Notes under the pieces: generated by a model
Seen by the model: the letters and a program-made list of their open reading frames with translations, nothing else
Told to the model about the DNA's origin: nothing
Databases searched by the model: none
Position numbers and translations under genes: made by a program
Shown: one piece after another, positions 10,151 through 19,964 of the stretch
How the letters are laid out: each line of letters starts with the position of its first letter
How positions within the stretch are numbered: position 1 is the first letter of the stretch
From: Gammaproteobacteria bacterium
GTDB taxonomy: Bacteria > Pseudomonadota > Gammaproteobacteria > Steroidobacterales > Steroidobacteraceae
Reading direction: 5' to 3'
NCBI GenBank assembly: GCA_003140135.1
Contig: PLIX01000151.1
Location: forward strand, 1 to 39,373
DNA length: 39,373 bases

Positions 10151-11164
10151 TCAGAGGCGCTGCTTATAGTAATCGCAGAACCATTCGACGAAGCGGCGCA
10201 CCCCGACCTCGACGGGTGTCGCGGGGCGGTACCCCACATCCTTCACCAGATCGTCGATGTCCGCGAAGGTGTCGGGCACATCGCCCGGCTGCAGCGGCAG
10301 GAGATTCTTGCGCGCCTTGCGCCCCAGGCACTCCTCGAGCACCTCGATGTAGCGCATGAGCTCGACGGGACTGTTGTTCCCGATGTTGTAGAGGCGAAAT
10401 GGCGCGCGGCTCGAGGCGGGGTCCGGGTGCAGGCTGTCCCATGCAAGGTTCGGCTGCGCCACGCGATCGAGCACCCGCACCACGCCTTCAACGATGTCGG
10501 CAACGAAGGTGAAGTCGCGCTTGTGATGGCCGAAGTTGAAGACGTCGATCGGCTGGCCGTCGAGGATGTTGCGTGTGAAGAGAAAGAGCGCCATATCCGG
10601 ACGCCCCCACGGACCATAGACCGTGAAGAACCGCAGCCCGGTCGTGGGCAGCCGGAAGAGCGAGGAATAATTGTGCGCCATGAGCTCGGTCGAGCGTTTG
10701 GTCGCGGCGTATAGCGACAGCGGATGATCGGCGATACGGTGCTCGGAAAAGGGCATGTTGGTATTGGCGCCGTACACCGAGCTTGTTGAGGCGTACACCA
10801 GATGCTCGACCCCCTGATGACGGCAGCCCTCGAGGACATTCAACGTGCCGGTGACGTTGCTCTGCACGTAGGTGTGCGGCGCCTCGATCGAGTAGCGCAC
10901 GCCCGCCTGCGCGCCAAGATGCACCACACGCTGGAATTTCTCCTGCGCAAAGCAGCGCGCCATGCCGGCTGCGTCCGCAAGGTCGAGCTTCACGAAGCGA
11001 AAGCGCGGCTCCTTTTGCAGCAGCGCGAGGCGCGCCTGCTTTAGGGTGACGTCGTAGTATTCATTGAGATTGTCGAGGCCGACAACCTCATCGCCGCGCT
11101 CGACGAGGCGCCGCGCCGTGTGAAAACCGATGAAGCCCGCGGCTCCCGTGACCAGGATCTTCAC
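10151..11164 (-). CDS. NAD-dependent epimerase/dehydratase, UDP-glucuronate 4-epimerase type
   Basis: [15 protein letters not shown] Rossmann motif, [17 protein letters not shown], catalytic YAATKRSTE (YxxxK), 337 aa. The start overlaps the upstream stop by 4 nt. Confidence 0.88.
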   Translation of the reverse strand: MKILVTGAAGFIGFHTARRLVERGDEVVGLDNLNEYYDVTLKQARLALLQKEPRFRFVKLDLADAAGMARCFAQEKFQRVVHLGAQAGVRYSIEAPHTYVQSNVTGTLNVLEGCRHQGVEHLVYASTSSVYGANTNMPFSEHRIADHPLSLYAATKRSTELMAHNYSSLFRLPTTGLRFFTVYGPWGRPDMALFLFTRNILDGQPIDVFNFGHHKRDFTFVADIVEGVVRVLDRVAQPNLAWDSLHPDPASSRAPFRLYNIGNNSPVELMRYIEVLEECLGRKARKNLLPLQPGDVPDTFADIDDLVKDVGYRPATPVEVGVRRFVEWFCDYYKQRL

Positions 11165-12444
11165 AGGCGCCCGTCGACCTCCGCGGCTGGGAAGACGTGT
11201 TTGATATCGTAGAGCACGTGTTTTTTCTTACACAGGCGGCGCGCGCCGCGGGCGCCCAAGGCGCGAAATTCGCGATGCGCCACGGCGAGGATCGCGGCAT
11301 CGTAGCGACCGCGCTTGAGCGACTTCACCAGGCGCCTGCCGTATTCGTGCTGGCACTCGCGGCTGTCCGCCCAGGGATCGTAGATTTCCACCTGCGCGCC
11401 GTAATTCGTAAGCTCGCGCACAACATCAAATACCTTGGAATTGCGGATATCGGGGCAGTTCTCCTTGAAGGTCGCGCCGAGCACCAGCACGCGCGCGCCG
11501 TTGACCAGAATGCGTTTGCCCGTCATCTGCTTGACGATCTGCCCTGCGACGTAGCTTGCCATGTTGTCGTTCAAACGCCGGCCGGCGAGGATCATCTCCG
11601 GGTTGTAGCCGATCTGCTGCGCCTTGTGCGTGAGGTAGTACGGATCGACCCCGATGCAGTGACCGCCGACGAGTCCGGGCCGGAAGGGCAGGAAATTCCA
11701 TTTGGTACCGGCGGCATTCAGGACCTCTTCGGTGTCGATCCCGAGACGATTGAAGATGAGCGCAAGCTCGTTGATGAGCGCGATGTTGACGTCGCGCTGG
11801 GTGTTCTCGATGACCTTCGCAGCTTCGGCCACCTTGATGCTGGAGGCCTTGTAGGTGCCCGCCTTGATGATGGTCCGATACAGCTGATCGACGAACTCTG
11901 CAGCCTCAGGAGTGGAGCCGGAGGTGATCTTGCGTATGCTCGGCAGGCGATGCTCCTTGTCGCCCGGATTGATGCGCTCGGGGCTGTAGCCGGCGAAGAA
12001 ATCTTGGTTGAACTTAAGGCGCGACTCGCGCTCGAGAATCGGCACGCAGATCTCCTCCGTGCATCCCGGGTAGACCGTCGATTCGTACACCACGACCGCG
12101 CCCTTCTTGAGGGCCCGACCGACGCTTTCGCTGGCGCGAACGAGCGGCGTCAGATCGGGGCGCTTGTATTCATCGATGGGCGTGGGGACGGTGATGATGA
12201 ATACGCGGCAGCGTTTAAGCTCGGCCAGATCCGTTGAGAAGGTGAGCTGAGTTGAGCTCCTAAGCTCAGCCTTGGAGGCCTCCAGCGTCGCATCGATGCC
12301 GCGTTTCAGCGCGGCAATGCGCTCTGCCTTGACGTCGAAACCAACGGTGTCGAAGTGCTTGCCGAATTCCACGGCCAGCGGCAGCCCCACATACCCTAAA
12401 CCCACGACGCCGATGCGACATTTGCGCAAGTTGAGCACAATCAT
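11161..12444 (-). CDS. Nucleotide-sugar 6-dehydrogenase, UDP-glucose/GDP-mannose dehydrogenase family (TviB/WbpO/CapL-like)
   Basis: The track ORF extends to 12519. I place the start at ATG 12444 ([27 protein letters not shown]), 8 nt after the dnaQ stop. It has the NAD-binding GxGYVG motif and the catalytic-Cys motif [11 protein letters not shown]. Confidence 0.9.
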   Translation of the reverse strand: MIVLNLRKCRIGVVGLGYVGLPLAVEFGKHFDTVGFDVKAERIAALKRGIDATLEASKAELRSSTQLTFSTDLAELKRCRVFIITVPTPIDEYKRPDLTPLVRASESVGRALKKGAVVVYESTVYPGCTEEICVPILERESRLKFNQDFFAGYSPERINPGDKEHRLPSIRKITSGSTPEAAEFVDQLYRTIIKAGTYKASSIKVAEAAKVIENTQRDVNIALINELALIFNRLGIDTEEVLNAAGTKWNFLPFRPGLVGGHCIGVDPYYLTHKAQQIGYNPEMILAGRRLNDNMASYVAGQIVKQMTGKRILVNGARVLVLGATFKENCPDIRNSKVFDVVRELTNYGAQVEIYDPWADSRECQHEYGRRLVKSLKRGRYDAAILAVAHREFRALGARGARRLCKKKHVLYDIKHVFPAAEVDGRL

Positions 12445-12452
12445 CGACCTCG

Positions 12453-13208
12453 TCAGCCGATAGCGCCGGTTCTGGGCTCTGCGAGCCTGGCCGCGGCATC
12501 CGCGCACGCCCAGGCGCACCGGCCGCTCGTCTTCGCAACGAGCGCGAGGAGCGCCTCATGCGCGACGAGCTCCGCGGGCGTTGCCATGATGACAACGAGC
12601 GGTCCGCCCGAGCGCAGTGGCGCGCGCGCCGCCGCGCCACCGAGGCTTCCTGGCTGCGCAATGCCCCGGTCATCGAGCGCAAGCGCCGCCTGACCGCCGG
12701 TCATCGCGAGATAGACGTCGGCGAGGAGGCGCGCATCGAGGAGGGCGCCGTGCAGATCGCGGTTTGAGTTGTCGACGCTGTAGCGCTTGCAGAGCGCGTC
12801 GAGATTGTTGCGCTGGCCCGGATGTCGCTGGCGGGCGAGCGCGAGGGTATCGAGCACCCGCGCCACCGATGCGATGGTGCGCGCCGGCCCGCTCGTGCGC
12901 GCAAGCTCCATATCAAGAAAGCCCACGTCGAATGCGGCGTTGTGGATCACGAGCTCGGCATCCGCGATGAAGGCGAGGAGCTCGGCGGCAATGTCGGCGA
13001 AGAGCGGCTCGCGCGCCAGATCCGCGCGCGCAATGCCGTGCACGCCAAGCGCGGCGGCATCGATGTCGCGCTCGGGATTGAGATAGCGATGGAAAGTGCG
13101 GCCCGTCGGCCGGCGGTTCACGAGCTCGACGCAGCCGATTTCAATGATGCGGTGACCGAGCTCGGCTTCGAGGCCGGTCGTCTCGGTGTCGAGGACGATT
13201 TGTCGCAT
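12453..13208 (-). CDS. dnaQ: DNA polymerase III subunit epsilon (3'-5' proofreading exonuclease)
   Basis: [13 protein letters not shown] (Exo I), [10 protein letters not shown] (Exo II), [14 protein letters not shown] (Exo III); 251 aa. Confidence 0.95.
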   Translation of the reverse strand: MRQIVLDTETTGLEAELGHRIIEIGCVELVNRRPTGRTFHRYLNPERDIDAAALGVHGIARADLAREPLFADIAAELLAFIADAELVIHNAAFDVGFLDMELARTSGPARTIASVARVLDTLALARQRHPGQRNNLDALCKRYSVDNSNRDLHGALLDARLLADVYLAMTGGQAALALDDRGIAQPGSLGGAAARAPLRSGGPLVVIMATPAELVAHEALLALVAKTSGRCAWACADAAARLAEPRTGAIG

Positions 13209-13219
13209 GGCGCGCGAGT

Positions 13220-13657
13220 CTACCTGAGGAGCGCTTCGATCGCCTGATTTGCCAGGCGGTCAACCCGTTCATTGCCCGGTACGCCGGCATGGCCCGGCAC
13301 CCAGCGCCACTCGATCCGATGCGCGGCGGCAAGTTCCTCCAGGCGCTGCCAAAGATCCTGGTTTTTCACAGGCTTGCGGTCCGCCGTCAGCCAGCCGCGC
13401 GCCTTCCACGCCGTCACCCATTCGGTGATGCCACGGCGCACGTACTGCGAGTCGGTGAAGACCCGGGCGCTGACCGGGCGGCGCAGCGACTCCAGGGCTC
13501 GGATGACGGCGGTGAGCTCCATGCGGTTGTTGGTCGTCCTCGCCTCGGCGCCGGCGATTTCCTTTTCGCGCCCCTCGACGCTCAGGAGCGCCGCCCAGCC
13601 GCCGGGTCCCGGATTGCCGCGGCAGGCGCCGTCGGTGTAGATCTCGACCGTGCTCAC
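13220..13657 (-). CDS. rnhA: Ribonuclease HI
   Basis: [51 protein letters not shown]; 145 aa. Confidence 0.95.
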   Translation of the reverse strand: MSTVEIYTDGACRGNPGPGGWAALLSVEGREKEIAGAEARTTNNRMELTAVIRALESLRRPVSARVFTDSQYVRRGITEWVTAWKARGWLTADRKPVKNQDLWQRLEELAAAHRIEWRWVPGHAGVPGNERVDRLANQAIEALLR

Positions 13658-14397
13658 GGGCTCGAGCGCGTGGTGGGCTTGACGAGGCGGCCGATGACGG
13701 GAGTTTTCTCGCGAAAGCGCGGCCGCACCGGCGTCAGCGTGTAGACGCGCTTCCGCGCCTTGAGCAGATACGCCCCGGAGGGCAGCGGATTCACCAGACC
13801 GCGCCGCAGGATCTTGCCCCCGCCCTCGGCCGCCGACGGATGACTCCAGGGGCTCGCATACAGATAGCTCCTGCGGGCGACCACTTCATAGCCCAGAAGC
13901 TCAAGCCATTCCTGCACTCGCCCCTGGGAGAGCACGCGGCGCAGGCCCGGCGGGAAGCCACTGCGGCTGGCGCTGGCACGCAAGCCCCACAGGCTCCAGG
14001 GACGAAAGCCCATGACGATGAGCTGCCCTTCGGCGACGAGCACGCGATCCACTTCGCGCACGATGGAGTAGGGGTCGGCGGCAAACTCGAGCGTATGGGG
14101 CAGGAGCACGGCATCGATCGAATCGCTAACGATGGGCAGCGCGGAGGCGCGGCCGATGACATCGGGCCCGCGCTCGAATTTCGCCGCCGCAAGGATCGTC
14201 TGGCGGCGGGTGCGGCTGCCGCCGAGGAGCTCGCGGGCATTGCCCCAGGCCCCCACCTGCAGGAATTCCCACCCGAAGACATCTTCCAGAGCCTCCGTCA
14301 GGAGTTCGGATTCCGCCCCCAGAAGCGCCGACCCCAGCGCCTCCTGCCACCAGCGCTGCAGGGCGGCCTCACGATCCAGAATGTGTGAACTGCGCAC
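13654..14397 (-). CDS. Class I SAM-dependent methyltransferase (YafS-like, rnhA-linked)
   Basis: 247-aa ORF with a methyltransferase type-11-like core ([38 protein letters not shown]). There is a 4-nt start/stop overlap with rnhA. The position next to rnhA/dnaQ mirrors E. coli yafS. Confidence 0.75.
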   Translation of the reverse strand: MRSSHILDREAALQRWWQEALGSALLGAESELLTEALEDVFGWEFLQVGAWGNARELLGGSRTRRQTILAAAKFERGPDVIGRASALPIVSDSIDAVLLPHTLEFAADPYSIVREVDRVLVAEGQLIVMGFRPWSLWGLRASASRSGFPPGLRRVLSQGRVQEWLELLGYEVVARRSYLYASPWSHPSAAEGGGKILRRGLVNPLPSGAYLLKARKRVYTLTPVRPRFREKTPVIGRLVKPTTRSSP

Positions 14398-14589
14398 CGT
14401 GCACGTCCAAAGCTGGCAATAATGTGAACTTAGCGGTTAAATTCCACTCAACGAACACGTAGTTTGCTGCGTCAGGCTGTGCGCCCGCGCGCGGGCCGAC
14501 CTTAGCATGCCGCCCGGGACAATTCTCTTGATCCCGCCGGGGGCGGCGCACGCGGGCCTAATCGGACGCACTGAGGATACGAAGTTACG

Positions 14590-16164
14590 ATGGCGTTGAG
14601 TCGGCCCATTCGCTTAGCCCTGTTGGTGTCTTCGACTCTCGCAGCGGCGGGGTGCGCTCACGCTCCGGTGAAAGCCCCGAGCGAACCCGTCCCGATGGTC
14701 GAGGCCGCGCCCATTCCAGAGCCGCCCGACACCTCCGAACCGGCCCCGACGGTTGAGCCGAGTGCGACGGCCTACACGGATCTTTTCGATCGCGTGCGCG
14801 GCGGCTTCAAGCTCGAGGACGTTGCCGAGGACGCCGTCGATACGCAGCTCTTCTGGTTCGCGAATCATCCGGATTACCTGGAACGATCCTTCCAGCGCTC
14901 CGAGCTCTATCTCTATGACATCGCCTCGCAGATCGAGGCGCGCGGCATGCCGCTCGAGCTTGCACTCTTGCCGATGATCGAAAGCGCCTACGAGCCCTAC
15001 GCGTACTCGCGCGCGCGCGCCTCGGGTCTGTGGCAGTTCATTCCCGGGACAGGCTCGCGCTTTGGGCTCAAGCAGGACTGGTGGTACGACGGACGGCGCG
15101 ATGTGGTCGAATCCACGCACGCAGCTCTCGATTATCTGCAGTACCTGCATGATGAGTTCAACGGCGACTGGCTGCTCGCCATCGCCGCCTACAATTGCGG
15201 CGAGGCCAATGTCGAGCACGCGTTGAGCGTCAACCGCGCCAAGGGCCGGCCGCTCGATTTTTGGAACCTGAAGCTGCCGCTGGAAACCCGCGCCTACGTG
15301 CCCAAACTGCTGGCGATGAAGCGCCTGATCGCTGATCCGGCGCGCTATGGCCTCGCGTTCAGCAAGATCGCCAATCAGCCACGCTTCGAGCGCGTCGAGA
15401 CGCTGGGGCAGATTGACATGAAGCTCGCCGCCGAGCTCGCCGGGATCAGCGAAGAGGATCTGTACGAGTTGAATCCGGCGTTCCACCGCTGGGCAACCGA
15501 CCCGGCAGGCCCGCACTTTCTCCTCCTGCCTCCGGAGTCGGTTGCGCTCTTCCGGCAGACCAATGCCGAGCTCAGCCCCGCCGAGCGCATGCCCCTCACG
15601 CGCTACCGGGTCGCAACCGGAGACTCGGTCGCCTCGGTGGCACGCCAGTTCAACACGAACATCGACGTCATCCGCGTGCTGAACGATCTGCCCGCCGGCA
15701 AACTCACGCTGGGAACCGATTTGAGCGTGCCCGCGCCGGTGGTGCTGCCGCCGAAGGTGGCGCGCGCCGCCGCGCTCTTCGATCGTCCGGAGCGGCGCGT
15801 GCGTCGGCATGGACACATTCATGTGGTGAAACGCGGCGATTCACTCTGGGCCATCGCGCAGCGTTCGGGCATGGACGTCAATAAACTCGCAAGCTTAAAT
15901 GGCATGGAGGTGGATTCTCCCCTGCATGCCGGTCAACATATCAAGCTTGTTTCCACGAGCTCGGTTTCCTCCGCAGGCGCCGGCTCGTCCGCAGCTCCAC
16001 GACCCATGACTTACATCGTTCGCAGCGGCGACACGCTCTCGAAGATCTCGCGGCTCTTCCAGGTTTCGATTGCGCAGATCAGCCGTTGGAACAGTTTGGC
16101 AAGCCCTCCGAGTCTCTCGCCGGGTCAGAAGCTCATCATTCGGGTTCTGAACCGCCACAGCTGA
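14590..16164 (+). CDS. mltD: Membrane-bound lytic murein transglycosylase D (lipoprotein with three LysM domains)
   Basis: Lipobox LAAAGC. SLT core [34 protein letters not shown]. Three LysM repeats ([48 protein letters not shown]). Confidence 0.9.
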   Translation: MALSRPIRLALLVSSTLAAAGCAHAPVKAPSEPVPMVEAAPIPEPPDTSEPAPTVEPSATAYTDLFDRVRGGFKLEDVAEDAVDTQLFWFANHPDYLERSFQRSELYLYDIASQIEARGMPLELALLPMIESAYEPYAYSRARASGLWQFIPGTGSRFGLKQDWWYDGRRDVVESTHAALDYLQYLHDEFNGDWLLAIAAYNCGEANVEHALSVNRAKGRPLDFWNLKLPLETRAYVPKLLAMKRLIADPARYGLAFSKIANQPRFERVETLGQIDMKLAAELAGISEEDLYELNPAFHRWATDPAGPHFLLLPPESVALFRQTNAELSPAERMPLTRYRVATGDSVASVARQFNTNIDVIRVLNDLPAGKLTLGTDLSVPAPVVLPPKVARAAALFDRPERRVRRHGHIHVVKRGDSLWAIAQRSGMDVNKLASLNGMEVDSPLHAGQHIKLVSTSSVSSAGAGSSAAPRPMTYIVRSGDTLSKISRLFQVSIAQISRWNSLASPPSLSPGQKLIIRVLNRHS

Positions 16165-16964
16165 TGGGATTTCTAGCCGGCAAGCGCGCGCTCATCGTTG
16201 GCGTCGCCACCGAACGATCCATAGCCTGGGGAATTGCGCAGGCCATGCATCGCGAAGGCGCTGAGCTTGCCTTCACCTATCTCAACGACAAACTCAAAGG
16301 ACGCGTCGAGGCTCTCGCCCAAAGCCTCGATGCCTCGTTTCCCACCCTGCCCCTCGATGTCACGCAGGACGCCGAGATCGATGCGGCCTTTGAGCGGCTT
16401 AAGGCGCTCTGGGGCCACCTCGACATCCTGGTGCATGCGGTCGCGTTCGCGCCGCGCGAGGCGCTCGCGGGAGGCTTCGTGGAATCCACGAGCCGCGAGG
16501 CCTTCCGCATCGCTCACGATGTCTCAAGCTACAGTTTTACGGCCCTCGCGCGCGGCGCGCAGCCGCTCATGGCCGGGCGCGCAGGCGCTCTCGTGACGCT
16601 TTCGTACCTCGGGGCCGAGCGCTCGATCCCAGCCTACAATGTCATGGGTCTCGCCAAGGCGAGTCTGGAGGCGAACGTGCGCTTCCTGGCGGCGGATTTG
16701 GGGCCTCGCGGAGTGCGCGTCAATGGCATCTCGGCCGGTCCCATCAAGACCTTGTCCGCGGCGGGTATCGCGGGCTTTCGCAGGATGCTCAGCCACGTCG
16801 GCAGCGTCGCGCCATTGCGGCGCAATGTGACGCTCGAAGATGTCGGCAATGCCGCGGCGTTCCTGTGCTCGGATCTTGCCGCGGGCATCACGGGAGAAAT
16901 CCTGCATGTCGACAGCGGCTTCAGCACCGTCGGAATGACCCTATCCCACGAAGCTGAGGGCTAA
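16164..16964 (+). CDS. fabI: Enoyl-[acyl-carrier-protein] reductase (NADH) FabI
   Basis: I place the start at ATG 16164, which overlaps the mltD TGA (TGATG). [26 protein letters not shown], catalytic [23 protein letters not shown]-like motif. Confidence 0.95.
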   Translation: MGFLAGKRALIVGVATERSIAWGIAQAMHREGAELAFTYLNDKLKGRVEALAQSLDASFPTLPLDVTQDAEIDAAFERLKALWGHLDILVHAVAFAPREALAGGFVESTSREAFRIAHDVSSYSFTALARGAQPLMAGRAGALVTLSYLGAERSIPAYNVMGLAKASLEANVRFLAADLGPRGVRVNGISAGPIKTLSAAGIAGFRRMLSHVGSVAPLRRNVTLEDVGNAAAFLCSDLAAGITGEILHVDSGFSTVGMTLSHEAEG

Positions 16965-16974
16965 AAACCTTCGC

Positions 16975-18885
16975 TTATTCAAAAGCTTTGGGATTCTTCT
17001 TCACGTCCGTTGTACGGCGTACCTCCGCCAGATAAGCCGCGACCTCGCCCTCGCCCTGGCGGGTGCGAGACTTCTCAGCAGCCGCTGAATCGGCCTGCGC
17101 ATTCACCACCGCGCCATGGGTACGCAGAGTCGTAACGGCGAGGAGCGCCGCGCCCCCCTCGGACAGGGGCAAAGCCCGGTACACCGGCTTTCCTTCGGGC
17201 TTCGGCGCGCGAAAGACGGCCTCGCGAATCTGTGGCGGAATGGACGGGTCGGTGCGGCCGACGAAGTGCGCAGGCTCCGCGGTCACGCCGAGTTCATGGA
17301 CCACCTGATCGAAAGAGGCGCCGCCATTTAGTTTGTCGCGCGCCCCTTCCGCCGCCTTCACAGCCGCGGCGCTGCCGCGCGCCTTCAAGATGGCTGCGAT
17401 GATGATCTCGTGGACCTCGGCGAGAGGCTGCGGCGCGGCTTTGTGATGCTCGAGGTCCTTGACGATGACGATGCGGTCCTCGCCGAGAAGCACCGGTCCG
17501 CCGATGCGGCCCTCATCGAGCGTGGCGGTGCTGAATACCGCGTCCTGCAGTTCGTTGGTTGTACCCAGGGGCGCACCCCCGGTGCCGCGCAGAAATCGTG
17601 CGACCTCGCCGGTTTGCAGCTGGAACTCCTTCGCGAGAGCGTCAAAGTCGACGCCCGGCTGCTCGAGCCGGCGCTGCAGCTGCTCCTGGCGATCGCCAAA
17701 CCGGTCGGCGGCGCGGTCGCGGCGCAACTGGGCATCGACCTCCGTGCGCGCCTGTTCGAAGGTCTGGGTCTTGCCCGCCTGGATCTCATCCACGCGAATG
17801 ATGTGATAGCCGTATTGGGTCTTCACCGGCCCGCGGATCTCGCCGACCGGAGTGCTGAAGAGCGCGTCCGCAAACGGGGCGACGAAATTACTGCGCTCCG
17901 CCCAGCCCAAGTCGCCGCCCTTCGCGGCCGAACCCGGATCCTGCGAGTACTGCTTCGCAAGCGCCGCGAAGTCCTTTCCCGCGCGCGCCTTCGCGAGAAT
18001 GTCCTCGGCTTTCTTGCGGGCGACCGCATCCCCATCCTTGCCGGCGGGAATCTGAATGAGAATGTGGCTCGCGCGGCGCTTCTCCGGCGTCACGTAGCGG
18101 TCCTTCGATTTCTCGTACGCATCGCGCAAATCACTGTCCGACACGGTCGTCTGCGCGGCGAGCTGATCCAGGCGCAGCTCGCCGTACTCAAGCTTCACCC
18201 ACTCGGGCGTGAGGAACTGCGACTGGTGGCTTGCGTAGTACGCGGCCACCTCGGCCTCGTCGACCGCGGCGCCGCCTTGAAACTTGGCCGGGGGCAAGAG
18301 CGCATAGCTCACCTCACGCTCCTCGTCGGTGAGCGCGCGCAGGTGCTCGACCTCGCGTGCGGTGAGAAAGTCCGAGGCCTGTATGGGGCCCTCGAGCTGC
18401 TGGCGCTCGAGGGCGCTGCGGGTTTGCTCCTCAAAACTCGCGAGCGAAATGCCCGCCTGCGCGAGGCGCATGCGCGCCGCCTGCGGCGAGTACTGGCCGT
18501 CGATCTGAAACGCGGGCTCGTTGCGGATCGCCTCCTGGATCTGCGCACTGCTCACCCGATAGCCCAGATCATGCGCGCGCTGCGTCATGGCGAGGTTCTT
18601 GATGAGGGATTCCAGGAGCGAGTTCTGCACGCTCGCCTTCACGTCCGCGGGGATTTCCCCGCCGAAGCGCTGCTGCCACTGGGACTGCTCGCGCATCCAG
18701 TCGTCGCGCACTTCCTGCAACGAGAGCTTCTCGCTGCCGACCTTGGCGGCGTAGTCGCCCACGCCGACGTTGATATTGACGATGCCGTACGCACCCCACG
18801 CCGCGAATACGAGCGCCAGGGCGCCCAGCACCACGATCGCGAGCCATCGTTGCGACTGCAATGAGTCGCGGATTTTCTGCAGCAT
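16975..18885 (-). CDS. ppiD: Periplasmic chaperone / peptidyl-prolyl isomerase PpiD
   Basis: 636 aa. N-terminal anchor [31 protein letters not shown] and a parvulin-type domain (ASHILI..GGDLGW..GYHIIRV). Confidence 0.9.
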   Translation of the reverse strand: MLQKIRDSLQSQRWLAIVVLGALALVFAAWGAYGIVNINVGVGDYAAKVGSEKLSLQEVRDDWMREQSQWQQRFGGEIPADVKASVQNSLLESLIKNLAMTQRAHDLGYRVSSAQIQEAIRNEPAFQIDGQYSPQAARMRLAQAGISLASFEEQTRSALERQQLEGPIQASDFLTAREVEHLRALTDEEREVSYALLPPAKFQGGAAVDEAEVAAYYASHQSQFLTPEWVKLEYGELRLDQLAAQTTVSDSDLRDAYEKSKDRYVTPEKRRASHILIQIPAGKDGDAVARKKAEDILAKARAGKDFAALAKQYSQDPGSAAKGGDLGWAERSNFVAPFADALFSTPVGEIRGPVKTQYGYHIIRVDEIQAGKTQTFEQARTEVDAQLRRDRAADRFGDRQEQLQRRLEQPGVDFDALAKEFQLQTGEVARFLRGTGGAPLGTTNELQDAVFSTATLDEGRIGGPVLLGEDRIVIVKDLEHHKAAPQPLAEVHEIIIAAILKARGSAAAVKAAEGARDKLNGGASFDQVVHELGVTAEPAHFVGRTDPSIPPQIREAVFRAPKPEGKPVYRALPLSEGGAALLAVTTLRTHGAVVNAQADSAAAEKSRTRQGEGEVAAYLAEVRRTTDVKKNPKAFE

Positions 18886-18902
18886 GGTCTTTTTTAGATT
18901 GC

Positions 18903-18979
18903 TGGCGGAGTGGACGGGATTCGAACCCGCGACCCCCGGCGTGACAGGCCGGTATTCTAACCAGCTGAACTACCACTCC
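18903..18979 (-). tRNA. tRNA-Asp (anticodon GTC)
   Basis: The reverse complement is GGAGTGGTAGTTCAGCTGGTTAGAATACCGGCCTGTCACGCCGGGGGTCGCGGGTTCGAATCCCGTCCACTCCGCCA. It has an acceptor stem GGAGTGG/CCACTCC, an anticodon stem CCGGC/GCCGG with loop CTGTCAC, a TPsiC loop TTCGAAT and an encoded CCA. Confidence 0.9.
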
Positions 18980-19206
18980 GTCCTGGTCAACCAAGAATAA
19001 TACAATGCGCAGAGGGTGTGCGCTATCCGGACTTGCACGCGAGGTGGCGTGCGGGCCCAGGTCCGCTGCACGCCCGCGAGCCACTTAGGAGCGCCACGAG
19101 TTGCCGCAAGAAACCACTGCGCCTGCTGTTTACCAGCTTCGCCGAATTTAGAGCTTCGAGACCATGCAATCTGCCTTCGCCATCGCTGGGACCTACGACC
19201 AAGTCC

Positions 19207-19932
19207 TTACGCATTGGGTTTCAGAGGCAAATTCTCGCTCCGGTACCAGGCATCAAAGTCCGATAGAGTTGCAAACCGCCGGCTAAATCCCTTTGCGCCG
19301 AGGAGAGCGTCGATCGCCTGCTCGTTCGCCGTATGGTTGTGTTCAACGGACAGGAGCTTGATCTCGAATGCGCTGAAATCGAAACCCTCAAGGATGTCGA
19401 ACTCGCTTCCCTCCGTGTCGATGCTCAGGTAATCGATGCGTCCTGGAGCGTTCGGTTCGCGCAGAAGCTCCATCAATGTCTGCGTCGGAACCTGAACGCG
19501 CCTGCCGTCACGTCTGCCTTGTGCGTGCCGATCCTTGTCAGAATAGGCATCGATCGTGGAGAAGTGCGGATCCCGCGCCTGATTGAACCAGACGTCGCCT
19601 TCGGACTTCCCAACGACACATTTTGTGGAGATATGGGCTCTTCTATTCTGCCGAAGAGCTGTATGGAATTCCGCATTAGGCTCGGCCAATATCCCGCGCC
19701 ACCCGTAATCCCTTTCGAGCAGAAAGGTGTTGCTGAGAATAATCCCATCCCCAGCTCCAAATTCCACGAAATATCCGTCGCGCAGCTCGGAAAGCTCATA
19801 CAAGACCCAAAGATCTTGGGCCACCTGAGAATGATTCGTGTGGCATCGCCTGAGCGCATAGGTAAGAAAATCGAACTCTTCACTGGCCTCGAGCGATACG
19901 CCGGCTTCCTTCGCTTTACGGATCTCGCCCAT
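19207..19932 (-). CDS. FkbM family SAM-dependent methyltransferase
   Basis: The track ORF extends to 20052. I prefer ATG 19932 (MGEIRKAKEAG), which is clear of the upstream stop at 19965. Core YFVEFGAGDGIILSNTFLLE..WRGILAEPN..IDYLSIDTEGSEFDIL is typical of FkbM methyltransferases. Confidence 0.8.
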   Translation of the reverse strand: MGEIRKAKEAGVSLEASEEFDFLTYALRRCHTNHSQVAQDLWVLYELSELRDGYFVEFGAGDGIILSNTFLLERDYGWRGILAEPNAEFHTALRQNRRAHISTKCVVGKSEGDVWFNQARDPHFSTIDAYSDKDRHAQGRRDGRRVQVPTQTLMELLREPNAPGRIDYLSIDTEGSEFDILEGFDFSAFEIKLLSVEHNHTANEQAIDALLGAKGFSRRFATLSDFDAWYRSENLPLKPNA

Positions 19933-19964
19933 CAATAAATAGCGAAGACCTTCTATACGAGGCT

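Noticed and set aside
11197-12237. 346-aa plus-strand ORF; also 8977-9762, 10052-10714 and 9778-10359
   Set aside because: All lie antisense to the dehydrogenase, DegT and epimerase genes, which carry clear catalytic motifs. They are shadow ORFs.
14483-14496. Perfect 14-nt palindrome GCCCGCGCGCGGGC (plus CCGCC-GGG-GGCGG at about 14534-14546) in the methyltransferase/mltD divergent intergenic region
   Set aside because: Pure GC palindromes arise easily in GC-rich DNA. There is no T-tract or recognisable operator context, so this is not enough to call a regulatory site.
14614-15822. 402-aa minus-strand ORF
   Set aside because: It lies antisense to the well-supported mltD. Its Arg/Gly/His-rich, motif-free composition is typical of shadow ORFs in GC-rich DNA.
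17410-18864. 484-aa plus-strand ORF
   Set aside because: It lies antisense to ppiD. It is Leu/Arg/Ala-rich with no motifs and is a shadow ORF.
19008-19024. Hairpin GCGCA-N7-TGCGC between the FkbM gene and tRNA-Asp as an intrinsic terminator, and TATTAT as the tRNA promoter -10
   Set aside because: The stem is only 5 bp, the downstream tract is only weakly T-rich, and there is no acceptable -35 at 16-18 nt spacing. It is too weak to annotate.
18903-19206. Classical tRNA-integrated genomic island (attachment site at tRNA-Asp)
   Set aside because: The accessory DNA lies on the 5' side of the tRNA. I saw no integrase gene and no duplicated tRNA 3' segment in the window. Only the compositional and functional break is reported.
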